Under the pieces are notes generated by a model, which had not been told where the DNA came from, did no database searches, and worked only from the letters and a program-made list of their open reading frames with translations. DNA of 64,000 bases from the human T2T-CHM13v2.0 reference genome, Homo sapiens. A program made the position numbers and the translations under genes. Below, one piece after another: positions 13,250-26,149 of the stretch. The first letter of the stretch is position 1. Every line of letters starts with the position of its first letter. The stretch lies in assembly GCF_009914755.1 (NCBI RefSeq), contig NC_060928.1, one strand, 5' to 3'.

Positions 13250-13650
13250 TTTTCCTAAATGAGCTCCTGGGGCTTCTGAATGTCCTGGCTCTTTCCCTGT
13301 CACTGAGGGACATCCTTTTCACCATTATGTCCTGGGACTTGCACCACAGCCATCGTGTCCTCATGCAGTACAGCCCAGTGTGGGTCTGAATGGCCTTCAT
13401 GGCTTCACATAGGCTACATGTGACCCAATAGCATCCTATCTGGGCAGAGGCTGAGAGAACCTGCCCTCATGCTGCTTGTGGGTGAGTCCTTGGAGGACTG
13501 ATTGCTGGCTCCTTTGCTGTGACCCCTGCACTGCTGACAGCTGTCCCAGCGTGTATTTGACTTCAACATGTCAAACTGACTATACGTTAGTTCCACTTAC
13601 TAACATAGCACTTTCTGTTAAGACTTTACATTTCTAGAGCCTTCTAGGAA
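13250..13650 (-). pseudogene. MARK/SMOK-like kinase N-lobe fragment (duplicate of 27255-27660)
   Basis: GAGCTCCTGGGGCTTCTGA...CACAGCCATCGTGTCCTCATG...TACAGCCCAG...TCTGAATGG aligns by eye to 27267-27410. Confidence 0.6.
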
Positions 13651-13744
13651 ACGTGCTTAACCATACTACATAGCTTAGTTGATAGACATTTATCATGACT
13701 AAATTAACACTGACATTTGTAGAATTCCTAATCTTTAAAGAATT

Positions 13745-14870
13745 CCTGGTCTTATTTTAGGTCCAGGAGTCCATGTGCGGGACATGTTGTAGGTAAGCTG
13801 TGTTGTGGGATTGGTATACAGATAATTGTCACCTGGGTAATGTAATATCAATGGGTATTTCTTATCCTCCACCCTCAAGTAGGCCTCAGTGTATGTTGTT
13901 CCCCTCCCAGTATCTGTGGTCATCTTGTTTGGCCTCCCATGTAAAAAGAACATATGTATTTGTTTTTTCACTTCTGTGTTAGCACATCTAGAGGAATGGT
14001 TTCCAGCTCCATATTGCTGCAAAGGACATGACCTCATTCCTTTCTATGGCTTCATAGTATTCCACGGTGTATATGTACCACATTGTCTCTATCCAGTCTA
14101 CCATCTGTGGGCATTTAGGTCGATTCTGTGTTTTTGATATTGAAAATAATGCTGGAATGAATAGACACATGCCTGTCTTCATGGCAGAACTGATACAGGA
14201 CAGGTAAGGCCCAGAATTGGGGCTTAGCCCAGAAGGGGTTTTTGGCTTCATCCAGGAAAGAATTCAAGGGTGAGCCAATGGTATTAGACAGCTACTGTTA
14301 TGGAGGTGGCAGGATAGGATACAGCAGTGGCAGAGGGTATAGCTCCTGGTGGAGCAGGGCTTATCCCATAGGCAGTGAGCCCAGAGTAGCAGCTCACAGG
14401 CACTTCTGTACTCATACCCCCTTTTACTATATGCAAATCAAGGGGTGGATTACACAGAATTTCCAGGAAAAAGGGTGGTAACTTCTAGGTGGTGAGGCTG
14501 TTGCCACGGAAGCGGGTGCTAACTTCTGGGCATTGCCTTGGCAACAGTAAACTGATATGGCACACTGGGGGTGTCTTATGGAAAGTTGCTTCTGCTAGCC
14601 CTGTCCCTATCTTCAAATTGGTCCAGTGTCTGAGCACCATCACCTGCCTCAATGATTTTATATTTCTTTGACATATACTTAAATGGGATTGCTGGGTTGA
14701 AGGGTAATTAAGTTCTTTGAGGAATTGCCACACTACTTTCCACAATAAAGTAATTGACACTCCTACCAGCAGTGGATAAGAGTTCCCTTTACTCACAATC
14801 TCAACTAGTATCTTACTTTGACTTAGCAGCCATTTTGACTTGACTGGTATAAGATGACATCTCATTGTGA
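13745..14870 (-). mobile_element. L1 3' end (older primate L1PB/L1PA15-16-like), split by an LTR
   Basis: ORF 13988..14251 includes FIPALFSISKTQNRPKCPQMVDWIETMWYIYTVEYYEAIERNEVMSFAAIW, the L1 ORF2 C-terminus, followed by the 3' UTR. Confidence 0.85.
14191..14651 (-). mobile_element. Solo ERV1 (MER4-group) LTR nested in L1
   Basis: TGATACAGGACAGG...GGGGCTTAGCCCAG...CAGGAAAGAATTCAAGGGTGAGCC...CCTGCCTCA. Paralogue at 29600-29950 at the same L1 position. Subfamily not assigned. Confidence 0.75.
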
Positions 14871-17800
14871 CATTCTGACCACAAACCAATGGCCACGGGA
14901 AACAACACTGAGACCATGAAGACATCCTGCTTTTCAACAAACTTACCTTTAAGAATTCTTCCCCCAACCTAGTAAGTCTATATCATGATTACAAGCCTTC
15001 CAACTCCCTCTGGTGTATTATTTTTTTTCTCTGGAGGGTGGAAAAATCCCTACTTGTAATTAAAACAATGTTGCAACCTCACTAAACACAGAACAAATAA
15101 AAATCAGTTGCAAGACTGACAGGGCTAGAAATCTAGGAAGTACACAAATCAAACTCAGTTGGATACATCAAATATGAGCAGCTTTGTCATGCCTAAATGA
15201 AGTAATTTTAAAAAACAATTCATACTACCAATTAAAATGGACCATGCAAAAGAAAATCATGCTTGCACATGATGAAAACGTTTATATACACACAAGCTAC
15301 GTATTTGAGAAGCAATCTTAAACACTGAACAGCAGAAATGCACAAGAATATGTGGAAATAGTATGGGTTTTTTTATCCTGAGTCAAACCACAAAGATTTC
15401 AGGTTAGAAATTTTGAAGTGTCTTGAATATTAACCATCGTGTGTTTTGGGGGGGGAGGGAAAGACTTAATAGCTTCTTTATGCCTTGTAAATTTCAAATT
15501 GTGATGTATTTTAACTGGAATGGCACAATTCCCACAGTCAGCAGTTTGCCCGTGCTGGTCAGAATATTATTGCTTCATTCCATTCCTTCACAATGCTCAG
15601 CTGAGGGAAGGTACCCCCTTAAAAGCCGTTTGTACTTTAGAAGTCATTTGTACTTCAGAAGGGGATGTAATTTGAGTGACTTTCCCTGCCTGAATTAATA
15701 GGAACTTGAAGTATTTCCATTTTCAAACACCAGTCTGTGTCTCAAACCATAAAGCACACTGGTGGGTTGCAGATGTTAGCCTAAGACCTTCAGCAGTGCC
15801 TGTTGCATGGCCTCGTCAGCAGGTCCGTGGTCAGTGGCACCGCAGAACTGACAGCCTTTCTGCCATTAAGTACTGCAGATGGGCCCCTTTTCCTGGGGGC
15901 TGTGCTCCTGCCGGAGGCTTTCCATTAAGACATCATTCCTTGTACGTTTAGGGCAAGATATACTGTCTTTAAGGTATAGGCGTGGAATACAGGGAACAAG
16001 AAGAGTACACTGTTACCTTCCTGTTTCCTGGAACCCAGGCTTGTGCAGCATGAAACTGGAGGTGAACAACCACCTGTGTCTGCAGGGAGACGTCTCCTGT
16101 GCACTACACACCCTCTAACACCGTAGGCCTCCTGTGGAGATTCTGCTGTTTCTGGTGTCCAGGTCCTGGCTGATTGTGTCCCAGAAGGCCAGCAAAGCCT
16201 CCAGGGCAGAAGTTGTCATGAAAACTGTATGAACCCCCTCAAGGAGAGCAGCAGAATGGTCCAGGGCTGGCAACACCACCTTGAGGAAGAGCCACTTTAG
16301 AGAATCCTTTGACCCTTTGCAGGGACATTTCCACCTCATCCATCTCAGACTTCCATAATGACTTCGAGATTCTGGTCTCTTCTGTCCTAGGAACATACTT
16401 TCACCTTTCAGTAGTGAAGACAATCAGGTGTTTATGCATCTAACTTCTGACCTATATCTAGCTCTAAATCTTCATGCTGGGCTCAATGTCCCAGTAAAGC
16501 AAGTTAACGGTGGCAATCTTAAGGATGATAGAATTGCTATCTTCCAGGATTTCGGGCTGTCTTTGGCTTCTGCCCTCTTCGGACAGCATTCTGTCACTTG
16601 TGACAGATTCTTCATTGGGTCCCCTTTGCTGATTTTTTTGGTAAGGCAATTGTGCTAGGATTAGAAGCCTGCTGTCCTTCAGTTTCTGACATTTGTTTGA
16701 ATTTTGTATTCCTGTATTCTCCCCTTGATGTGTCTGTTCTGTTCCTTGCTCCTTGCTTTCTCCATACTCAGAAATGAAACTTGAACACCTTTTCCAACTC
16801 ACCGTGCTGGTAGGTGTATCTGTAGGCATTCTCTTCAAACCTCCAGGTATTGTGTACCACCCAGATGTTACAGCATAAGATAGACCGTAAAAGCCAACCT
16901 GTATCTGTCCCAGAAGTCATTGCTAAAGCAGGAAGGCCCACATGGAAAAGATGATGGCAATCCTGGATGAATGTTTTAGTCTTTTCCAGAGACCTGCCAT
17001 TAGCTGTGGGTCGATCGTGTCCTATGATGTGCTATAGTGTCCCAGATAGCAGAGAGGCTAGTGTGAGGTGGGTGTGACTGAGTGTGAGTTTCCAGCCCAG
17101 GGTGCTGGCAGATCAGGAGTGATGGTGGATGGGCTCAAGAGCCCTATTCATGGGAGTGGACTCTTAGCAGGCTTTCTACAGAGCCCAAGATAAGAGATGG
17201 CCCTGAGCTGACCTCTGGTCTCTCAGTGATGTGTCATACTGTGCCTAATGAATCACTGGATATAAATGTCCCCATGACCCAAATGGATCTTGACATCTTC
17301 ATGAAAAATTGTTCCAATGAAGTTTGAATACTAAGCTCAACCCAGGAGAAGGATTTGTTCTTGGATGTAAAATGGTTTATAGGGAGTCCTGACTATTCTT
17401 GTTCTGTGTCCTTAAATCCTTCAGTCTTCAACTCTTGATACCTGTTAATCATCTCTGCCTATGCTATAAACATAGGCATGCTCAAGTTAAGTGCCTCTAT
17501 TGGGGAAAAGTCTTAGGGTCCAAACTTGGTGGTGTCCAGGTAGCTACTTAACTCCCAAAATCTAGACAAAGCACCTAATTGGGAAACACATGGCTCTGTG
17601 AATAGCTTCAGAAGACAGTAATGCAGCATGAGCCCCATGGGTGGAAGGCTTAACTCCTGCAGCTGCTTAGCACATTGGTTACTGAGGACCAGAAGGTACT
17701 TCTGGCCTTGTGGAACACTTGCAGGGAACTAATACAGTATTACCTGCTTTGATTTTTGTTGTTCTGTTGTGCCCCTGTTCTTAATGCAGGAAGTTGTACA

Positions 17801-19194
17801 AATGCCTCCACAATGAACTAGTGCTGTAACCTCTCACCATGTTTAAGGTTGCTCAGACAGACTCATATTTGACCTGAATCTTAGAACCTAGCCATTGTGA
17901 GCTGTCAAACCAATCATAGGAAAACAGCAGTGCAGTGGGGGTGACACCCTGTCATTAGGTGGCTGAGTCCAAAATGTCATCATCTATTGCTGAGAGGAAG
18001 TATGTATGTTGGGAGCTTCTGGGCTCCAGGGTGTCTGCTGGAGCAAGTGTGGGAAAGCCAGGACAGCTGTGCCAGAACTGCCCTGTGTGGCCTCTAGATG
18101 GTGTCATTATGTGTCGGTTTTCTCAACTATAAAACCACCGTGACCTTGGATTGTCCATATTATCATCCATCTGTTAGGTTTAAAAACTCAAGTTCTTCAC
18201 TCTTCCACTAAAGGGTTTCAAATGATTCACAAGTTTTCCAGTCATCTTAAGGTTTTAAAGACTGTTGTTAGCATGAGGAATCAGATACAAGGTTTGAGGG
18301 GATAAATGGCATAACTGTGTGTAAATTACAGGAGGGACCTTAAATCTGGGATTTGGAGAGCTGGTAATACAAGGTAGCCAGAGGTCTATCTCATTTCCAA
18401 CTAGATTCAAACATGTTTCCTTTCCTTGGACTGCAGTTGAGTCACATGTGATACTGTGTATTAGTGATGGGATTTGTACTGTGACTGCCCTGGTGAATGT
18501 GAGATGTCTGGACTCCACCGTGTGCAGCTCAGAGTGGCCTTTGACAGCATAAAGCTGTTTCTAAAGCGTATGACTGTGACATCACTTCCATCATTTTGGA
18601 CAATCGGTGTTGGAAAAGGTGGTGTCAGTACTTCTGGCAGTGGCTATGTGGTTCATATTGGCTTGTGTGCAGGGCTGACTTAAAGGAAGTCTGCCCCCCA
18701 CTGCCTGTGACTAAGATGAAGGTACCTTCTTAGCGGGGAGGTACCAGGACTGCCCTTAGATATGGGAAACATTCCTCACCTGGATCATCCTTGTATTCTA
18801 TGCTTGAGTCCAGTGCCCAACACATCAGATCTGGCCCCAGGTGGAAAGAGTGGGCAGGTGGCTCTCTCCAAATGATAGTTTGTAAGATGTCACCATGTGG
18901 CTGCTGTTAGTGTCTGCAGTGGGAAATGGTGACACCAAACTCTCAATGTTGCCCTAGTGTCTATATAGACCTTGCAGGCAGAAGTGTGTGGTAAAGGGCC
19001 GGGTATTGGGAAGCTGAGGGGACAGTTGGAAGGTGGCTGACTTCTCAGCTCTGAGCAAGGCATTTCAGCAGCCATGGTAAGGCTTTCAGGGCTGCAGCCT
19101 GCAGAATCTGAAACTTGAGCATTTACCTGTGTTCCCAGAATCCTCAGGTTTCAAATGACATACATGATGGATGTCGAAGCTGCCAGCTTGGTCA

Positions 19195-19390
19195 GAAAGT
19201 TTCAGCTTCATATTGACACTTCTTGGATGCTTCATTGTAAGAGGCCTGTCCTGTGCACCGTAGGATGTTTAGCAGCATTACCTACCTGTTCTTCTAGATG
19301 TCTGTGGCACTCCCTGAGCTGTGATGACAAATGTCTACACATCCTGTCTTCCCTGAGGAGAAAAATCTACCACTTAAAAACTCAGAGTAG
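19195..19390. mobile_element. MER20 in copy B
   Basis: CTGTCCTGTGCACCGTAGGATGTTTAGCAGCAT; equivalent position to 7975-8170. Confidence 0.78.
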
Positions 19391-21098
19391 GTTCCTCAAA
19401 ACCTCCCAGGTGTGTCTTGGGTCACTTTACAGACTGGATGCCTGTGCATCTTCTCCATGATGTTCAAATGGGAGAATAAACTATTTGGGGGAGAGGGCAG
19501 AACAATGCCTCCCCAGAGGTGAAATCTAATTTCCTCAAGGTAGCTCCTAGGGCCTGGAATTTACCTATGCTGTCTTCACTTTGAAGAATTCTTGACCACC
19601 GAGTATTGTGATACAGCTTGCAACTCCACACCCTGGTGTCTTCACTGTGCATAACTCGGGACATTGTACTGCAAGAATTGGAATCTGAATGACTATACTT
19701 GTAGGTTCCTCTATGTGCTGCTTTTCCAGATCTCATCTCTGATCTTCTAATCACCTCCCAGGGTCTGGCTGGCTGGCCAGCCAGTCCACTTGCTAATGCA
19801 CGTGACTAATCCTTAGACTGCTTATCCCATAAGAGATGACCAAGTGGGATTGAACTTCTGTCCGGTGGGGGGCATTTTTCCTCAATGACTTCTTAGGGTA
19901 CCCTTGAAGGAGCTCTTCAGTGTCACAGCAGTCCATATTCAGTTAGCTCTCATATATTCAGTCAATCCATCTGTAAACTAGGATGAGTAGTTTTCCCTTT
20001 TTTGCCAACTGGTCATAGGGACCTACCCATGAGGCCATAGGTTTGAGCTGATAGGACATAGAAGTACTACAGAGCTTGGGGAGGATGGGAGCCTGAGTCA
20101 ACTGGTTTTGTAACTTAAATATGGCTGCATGCTCCTGCTTCCTTCATTGTTCTTGTGCCCATGGGAGTGCTTATGCCTTTATGGTTCTCACAGCACCTAG
20201 TGCATACTGAGCAGTTCTAAACCAAGTTCAAGTTACTAGGTTTTCATGGCCATGAGCTCAGTCTCTAAGGCCCGGTAACATGGTTGGAGCTGACTTGGGT
20301 TAATTAGCCTTCTAGTTGAAGGTGCAGACTTAGCTGGAGTCTTAGGAGTCTGTAGAACACCTTTCCTATGGAGTCTTCCAGAGACCTTCCATGGCACCCT
20401 CCTACCAAGGCTCTTGCATGAAAGGCAAGGCAGCAGCTTAGAAGGCCAAGACTTAGCTGCAGGGCACTCATCTGATGAGGCTTCTTCAAAACTTGTGCCT
20501 GTTGGAGCCCACTAAATAGCTTGCAGTAGTCAAGCATGACATACCCTATTTAAAAAAGCCTATTTTGAAAGTACACTTAATTTATGGCAGGAGATAGCAA
20601 TGCAGAAAGCTGTCCATGAATTTGGAAGTGATGTCCCTGCATGCCCTAGATACTTAAGTACCATGGATGTGTATAGGCTCCTGAGTCTTGGTAGGTTTCT
20701 CCTTCCCTCTGGCACATAGGTATGTTCCAGACCCCTCCTGCTGTTGGGTCTACCTTGTGTGATGCAAATAATAGTGACCCAACGAGATCTCCTGTGAAAT
20801 GCCAGCACAATCAAGACTTTAGCCTATGACATTGGGACAGACCAGGAGAGTTAATTACCTGAGGACAAGATATAATGTATACTTCTGGCCTTCTCAGGAG
20901 TAAGCAGACTGATTCTGGACCCTCGATGAGGAGGTTTGGAAAGAATGGATTTTCCAGAATGTTGACTCTGTACTTAATGTCAGAAGTGGTGGTGGTTACT
21001 AGCAAAGATACCACCTGTCATGCAACATATATGTTAAACATACGGTAGTTCACTGTCGTGATGTGGAACTCCAAAAGGTGAATAAAAACAATCTACTC

Positions 21099-21143
<45 letters not shown>
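21099..21143 (+). repeat. (A)n(TA)n microsatellite
   Basis: Direct observation. Absent at paralogous sites (about 9880 and 39010) and flanked by a duplicated TACTCAAA. Confidence 0.95.
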
Positions 21144-21144
<1 letters not shown>

Positions 21145-24100
21145 TCAAATGCAGAATGTCATCCCTTCCATACTTGGCAGAAAAAGTGAGCAAGTGTTCA
21201 AAAGGTCCCTGTTGATTTCGTTACCTTGAACCAGTGGCCAAAGTGAGGTTTTCTGTGCTGGGAAGCCTTGCTGGCCTCCTATTCAGTTGACATTTGTGCT
21301 TTAGGACCAAACTAGGATCATTCTGACTCATTAAACATGAGCCCTTAAAGCAGCAGTTGCAATACTTTGGGAGCAGATTATCTTTATTGGCACAAATGTT
21401 ACTGATAAATCTGTTGCTCTAGGAGAACTGGAGTCCTAGCCCAGGATGCTGGCTAGGTGGACAGGCCAAGGAGTTGTGACCCATTAGCTTTGTTTTTTGC
21501 TCAAGCTTAAGCATTGCTCGTGCATGGCTAAGTCATTAGCTTAACCATTGCTCAGGCATGGGAGTTCCCAGCAGCAACCACAGGGAGGGCCAGTAATGGC
21601 AGCTGGACTCCCACTGGACTTGTTGCCGCATGAACATGCCACATCTGTCCACCACCTCCAGTTGTGAGAATTGTCTTCCCAGAAGGGTAGGTCCTTCTGC
21701 CTGTATGCATGTTCTCTATAGCTACAATGACTTACAAGATGGGAAGACAATGATGGGGAAAGGTGGAGCCTGGGATTTAAAAGTACCCCAGAGCCTAGGG
21801 TTCTGTGAGCCATCTCTACTCAAGGTACCCAAGTTTTAGTGTTAGTAGTATATTCAGCTTCTGGTGACAAAACCCACTGTATGTTGTCTCAACTTCTGTG
21901 ATCTTTATATTGCCTGACACTTGTATTGCCCCAATATGATCTTGCAGATACGTTGATTTATAACTGAGCATCCAAAAAGATCTTAAAAGTATCAAGTCAC
22001 CTACTTCCAAATGTGCAGAAGACATGTCAGATGTCAGTCTTCAACTTTAATTTTGTCTTTTGACTAAAGTTGACAGCCATCGAAGTCACTGACTACAGCT
22101 GCATTCACACATGTCCCTCCTCACTGGCAGATAGGATGGAGATCAGGTCTACAAAGGTTACCTGGAGGACTGTATGATGCTTGGGAGGTTCAGGATGCAG
22201 GCAGCATGTCCTTCTGATCAAGAAGCAGCCCTTACTTTTTAGAGCTAGCATGCTAGTGAGGCTCTGAAGAGCCACTTGGCTTGCCATGAGGAGGTAATCA
22301 GAGCTGGTTTAATCACTGCGTGGTATGAACTGTTCCATGCAATGGAATGCTTTCCGGAACTTCTCCGAGGGCCTTGTGTTGCCTTACTCTAATTCTCTCT
22401 AGTCTGTGTGAATTTGTGGAAATGTGGATGCTATCAATGTTGCTTGAGATGGGATGCTGTCTTCAGAACTTACTGGCTGTGTCCTTAGTTTACCTGATCT
22501 TTGTTGCCTGATGTGAATAAAGAGGACTCCAACACTAATAGAAAAGGAAGTGAAGAATTTTTTAATTGAAGGTCTGTGAATTGCCCTTTATTTAGGGGAA
22601 GATTAACAAAATACCTTTGCCTGTTTCATGTTGAACCCTAATGACAGATCCTGGCTTGGCTGGATGGGAAAAAGGAGACCTGTGGTATTTGGGGCAGCTG
22701 GTCACTGGTTTGCTACCATTAGGTGCTCTTGGCAGTGAGTTGGCCACATGCCCTATGAAGTCCCAGACAGCACTGTACCACTGAGGTGAGTGGATTGGTT
22801 AGTGATCCTATCTGGGTCCTGGCTGATCTGGACTGATGCGAGCTGCGTGTGAGGTCTACTCCCAGAATTGGTGGCTTCACAGGCTTTTGGTAGAATCTGG
22901 GAAGGGAAAGGGAACAGCCCTTGGTCATTCTGTCAGTGGGCAAGGCTGAGTAACTGAAATCATAGGATGTGTGGTCTATGAGCACAATGAATGTTGGAAG
23001 CTTTATTAACAATAAAGCTTGAGTATCGAATGCAATACTGATAAGACTTTCTCTGGTCACAATGATTTAAAGAGAATTATGAACTTCAGCTTCCTCTGAT
23101 GGTGGAAGTGTGTATGACAGGGCCTCTAGGCTACAGTGTGTCTGCTGGGCAGGCACTGGGGCAGCCAGAACACCAGTCCCTGAGCTCACCTTTGTGTGTT
23201 CCTGTTCTTGTGGGGCCTCTAGATGACTGTTTCCCATCAATGTCCTTCCTTCATCTTAAGACCACCATGACCTTGGTCCACCTTTTAATCAAGAAAATTC
23301 TAGTTCTTGATGCTTTCATTCAAGATGATTTTCAAACTATCATTCACAAGTTTTCCAGCGCTGAGGTTTAAAGGCAATCATTAGCTTGAAGAATCCCAGA
23401 GTTCTAAGGGGACAATGACGGGAACAACTGTAAATCTCAAGTAGATAGGAGTGTCTAGAACTTAGGGGGCTGAGATCATTTTGTAGCCAGAGGGTACATC
23501 TCATCCTAACAATTCAAGTCTACATCCTCCATATATACCACAGAAATTGAGTCACACATGATAGGGTATGGTTACTGTGAGACTTGTGCTGTGGGAGCTG
23601 ATGGCCTGGAGAATGAGGGAAACAGACCCCAGCTTGTGTGCTCACGTGGAGACTTTTTTCACTTGACCTTTTGCTTCCTGAAACATGGCTCAAACACTTC
23701 CTTAATTTGCAGGAACACTCACACGGCCAGGGAAGGTCTGGGTGCTTTTTCAGTAGCTGTGTACCTCATATTGGCTTGTTTGCAGGGTAGACTTTAGATG
23801 GCGCCTCCTCCCTTACTCATGACTGAGATGAAGTATGCCACTGTTAGGGTGGCACCTGGACTGCTGTTAGAAGTGAAAGACATTGCTCACTCTGGACACA
23901 ATGCCAAATAGCATCCATACTTCTGTCACAAAGAGCCTGGAAAGATCTTGTGTCACTTGGGGGGGATAGTCATTTGTATAGACAGTTTCTCTAGTGGTCA
24001 CTAAGGACCCCATTTTCTCTAGCCATTAAGCTCTACACAACCCAACATCTTCAGAAACTTTTCTACTCCTGTGTTAAGAGCAATTGGTGAGTGTTGCTCA

Positions 24101-25739
24101 AAGGACCTGGTGTAGAAAGTGTAAGAGTCTTGGATGTACTCCAAGCACAGTGGCATTTTTCTCAGTGACAGCTCAGAGCAGATGAATCTGTATGTCTGGT
24201 CACTTTTAAGCATATTGCATAGGTATATTTTGGCATTATAACATACAGGTCAGTGGGAGATGGAATGTAACTGTCATGGTAGATGTCGAATTTCCTGGAG
24301 TATCTGGTGTAATCTTGACATCTTCATAATAGTTGAACAATTCTTGGGAAACTGATCTTAGGGGATCCAAGGATGCCTGCCACTGACTCTAACTTGGTAT
24401 AGTGGAAGAAGGCTTTATTTCTAAACTTCAAGGATCTGCTTCTCATTAACTTGATGTAGAACCTGAAATCTCTAGGTACAAAGGTCTGTTTTCAGTCCTA
24501 CATCGGTATCAGAAGGCAGCCTAACTTCAGTTTGACCTCATCTCTTCAGCATATTCTCTATCTGGACTCAACTGTGGGAACTAGGGTGCTTCCCTGAGAA
24601 GAGCGATCTTGCAGAGCTCCTGGTTGCAGTGAGTTAGAGAGTCTGCAAATGCTGGTATCCTTTCAGTCCAGGGCTCTAATGCCAGCTCATGCCTATGGAC
24701 ACCAACTTACTCTCAAAATGGAACACAGTGCTTCATGCAGTGACTTGTGGGGTCATTGCAGAGGGCATCAGTGAGATCCCAAATCAAAGGATATTGACCT
24801 TTTCCCTGCAGATGTGAGAAAGGGGGGTACTTGACTGTAGGACTTTTGTCTCCTTTAAGTTCTCTATTTAGTAACTTGGTACAGGAATATACCAAATTTG
24901 ATGGCCTTTTGGTCCTTGAGGTTAATTCCAAGTTGGATGGTAAGCATGCGTTGGCATAAAAGTGAGGGCTCCATCTCATAATGCATGACATAAGCTTACC
25001 AAAAAGAGATGGAGACAGTCCCACAAGTTTACTGTTGGAATCATTGTCAGCGATCTTAGTCTTTCTCAAATGACCAAAGAAATGTGTAGATTGTCTATCA
25101 CCAGCATCATTCAAGTGATGGCTCTTCCTTCCTCTTTCCTTTCTCCATCTTGCAGAGTTGGAGAAAGGATGCCATACCTATAGAAAGCTTTATCCTCCAT
25201 CTCCCAGTATCGTGGGTCTTGGAATGTCAAGGAAGCTGGCCTCTAAGGCTCATCAACTCTAGTCTTGCTTCCAGACATGCCTTTAGGAAATGGTCCCAGC
25301 CTATGGGGTCTTTACCAATTGAGGTCAGTCGTTTGTGCTGACAGCATTACAAAGTGTCGTCTTGAGGCCAGTATTGAAATTTCTCAGTCCTCCTTTAAGC
25401 AAAAGTATGTATGATCTAGGCTTGACAATATGAAAGAACTGTTAACTTACGTAACAGGCTTTAGATTTACTGCATCGGCTTAAAGGAAGTAACCCATCTA
25501 ATGTACAAAGACATGTACAGGGTGACACAGGGTGTTGCCTGGGTAAGGTGGTATAGTCCCTGACACTGTTTATTGTAGTCAGCTAAAGAGTGTTTACTTG
25601 CCAATAATTACATCATATGTTAGTCCTGGTAAATCAAGGGGGTTTACACTAGTTCTCATACTCCTCTAGGATCAAGGATCTTCTATTTCCTATGTCATCT
25701 ACAATTTGTGATTAAAAAAAGGGGTTTGTGAAGCCTAGA

Positions 25740-26140
25740 GCCCCAGTTTGGGTTGAAGAGAAGCAGACTGTAAGATACAGGCATTAAAATTTACTAGTTG
25801 AGTGAGCTTGGGAATCACACTGGGAAGGGAGGAAAAACATGGTTGGGCAGGGGAAGGTGAATTGTGGGCTTTTTACAGCTGAAGCTTTGACCCAGTCCCA
25901 CAAAGAACCCTGTAGCTAGGGTGGCCTCCAGGGCTATGAGTTGACCTACCTAGCTGGGCTCTTGTACTCCTCACAAATGCTTTTGGATGTGATTTCCCCG
26001 GAGAGGGGACATAACCTTGGCTGAAATGGCTTATGTTGGGACAAAAGCTACCCCCAGGGAAAATGACGGTCTTGGAGTTCATATTCCAGACATTGGTGCT
26101 ACTGTGCAGCATTAATCTCAGGAAGGAAGGTATCACCTGT
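25740..26140. mobile_element. Old MaLR (MLT1-like) LTR remnant
   Basis: GAGAAGCAGACTGTAAGATA...GAGTGAGCTTGGGAATCACAC pattern resembles older MLT1 LTRs; highly diverged. Confidence 0.4.
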
Positions 26141-26149
26141 CCTCCTAGG

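Larger units (their letters stand above)
5829..13250 (-). pseudogene. GON4L/YY1AP1-like intronless pseudogene, copy A (mosaic)
   Basis: ORF 7349..7555 APHFSQGAAFLYLKSPLHTRQYEQHNHYRKFQGLFWQ ~ GON4L [41 protein letters not shown]. ORF 7044..7319 HQGC...LDEMDLWLHYSP ~ LQGC...QDEFSIFFDHLRP. About 10970-11000 WLLMAN ~ WILATS. About 10150-10225 HSLPVHVASIL..DPSSPREIW ~ LLLPKGVVLKL..DRFPKKAW. Clear DNA homology to 17040-23850. Confidence 0.72.
14875..25150 (-). pseudogene. GON4L/YY1AP1-like intronless pseudogene, copy B (most complete domain inventory)
   Basis: N-terminal: HELALEP..ADSLTH..TRS ~ EELASSP..DDSLIAFRTRS (24600-24700), SQELFNYY ~ KELFEQL (about 24330-24355), IQIHLL ~ TQIHLL (24176-24193). 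LSPEAE/ILLTLKLGYLE ~ FTKAEDNLLALGLKHFE (about 21820-21875). QLEVVDRC..QW..SLWL ~ QLPVLGKC..QW..PFWL (21575-21665). PAH at 18250-19050. NGRKAVS ~ TGEKVVL at the SANT start (about 15850-15870). AT-rich probable 3' UTR at 14875-15750. Confidence 0.75.
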
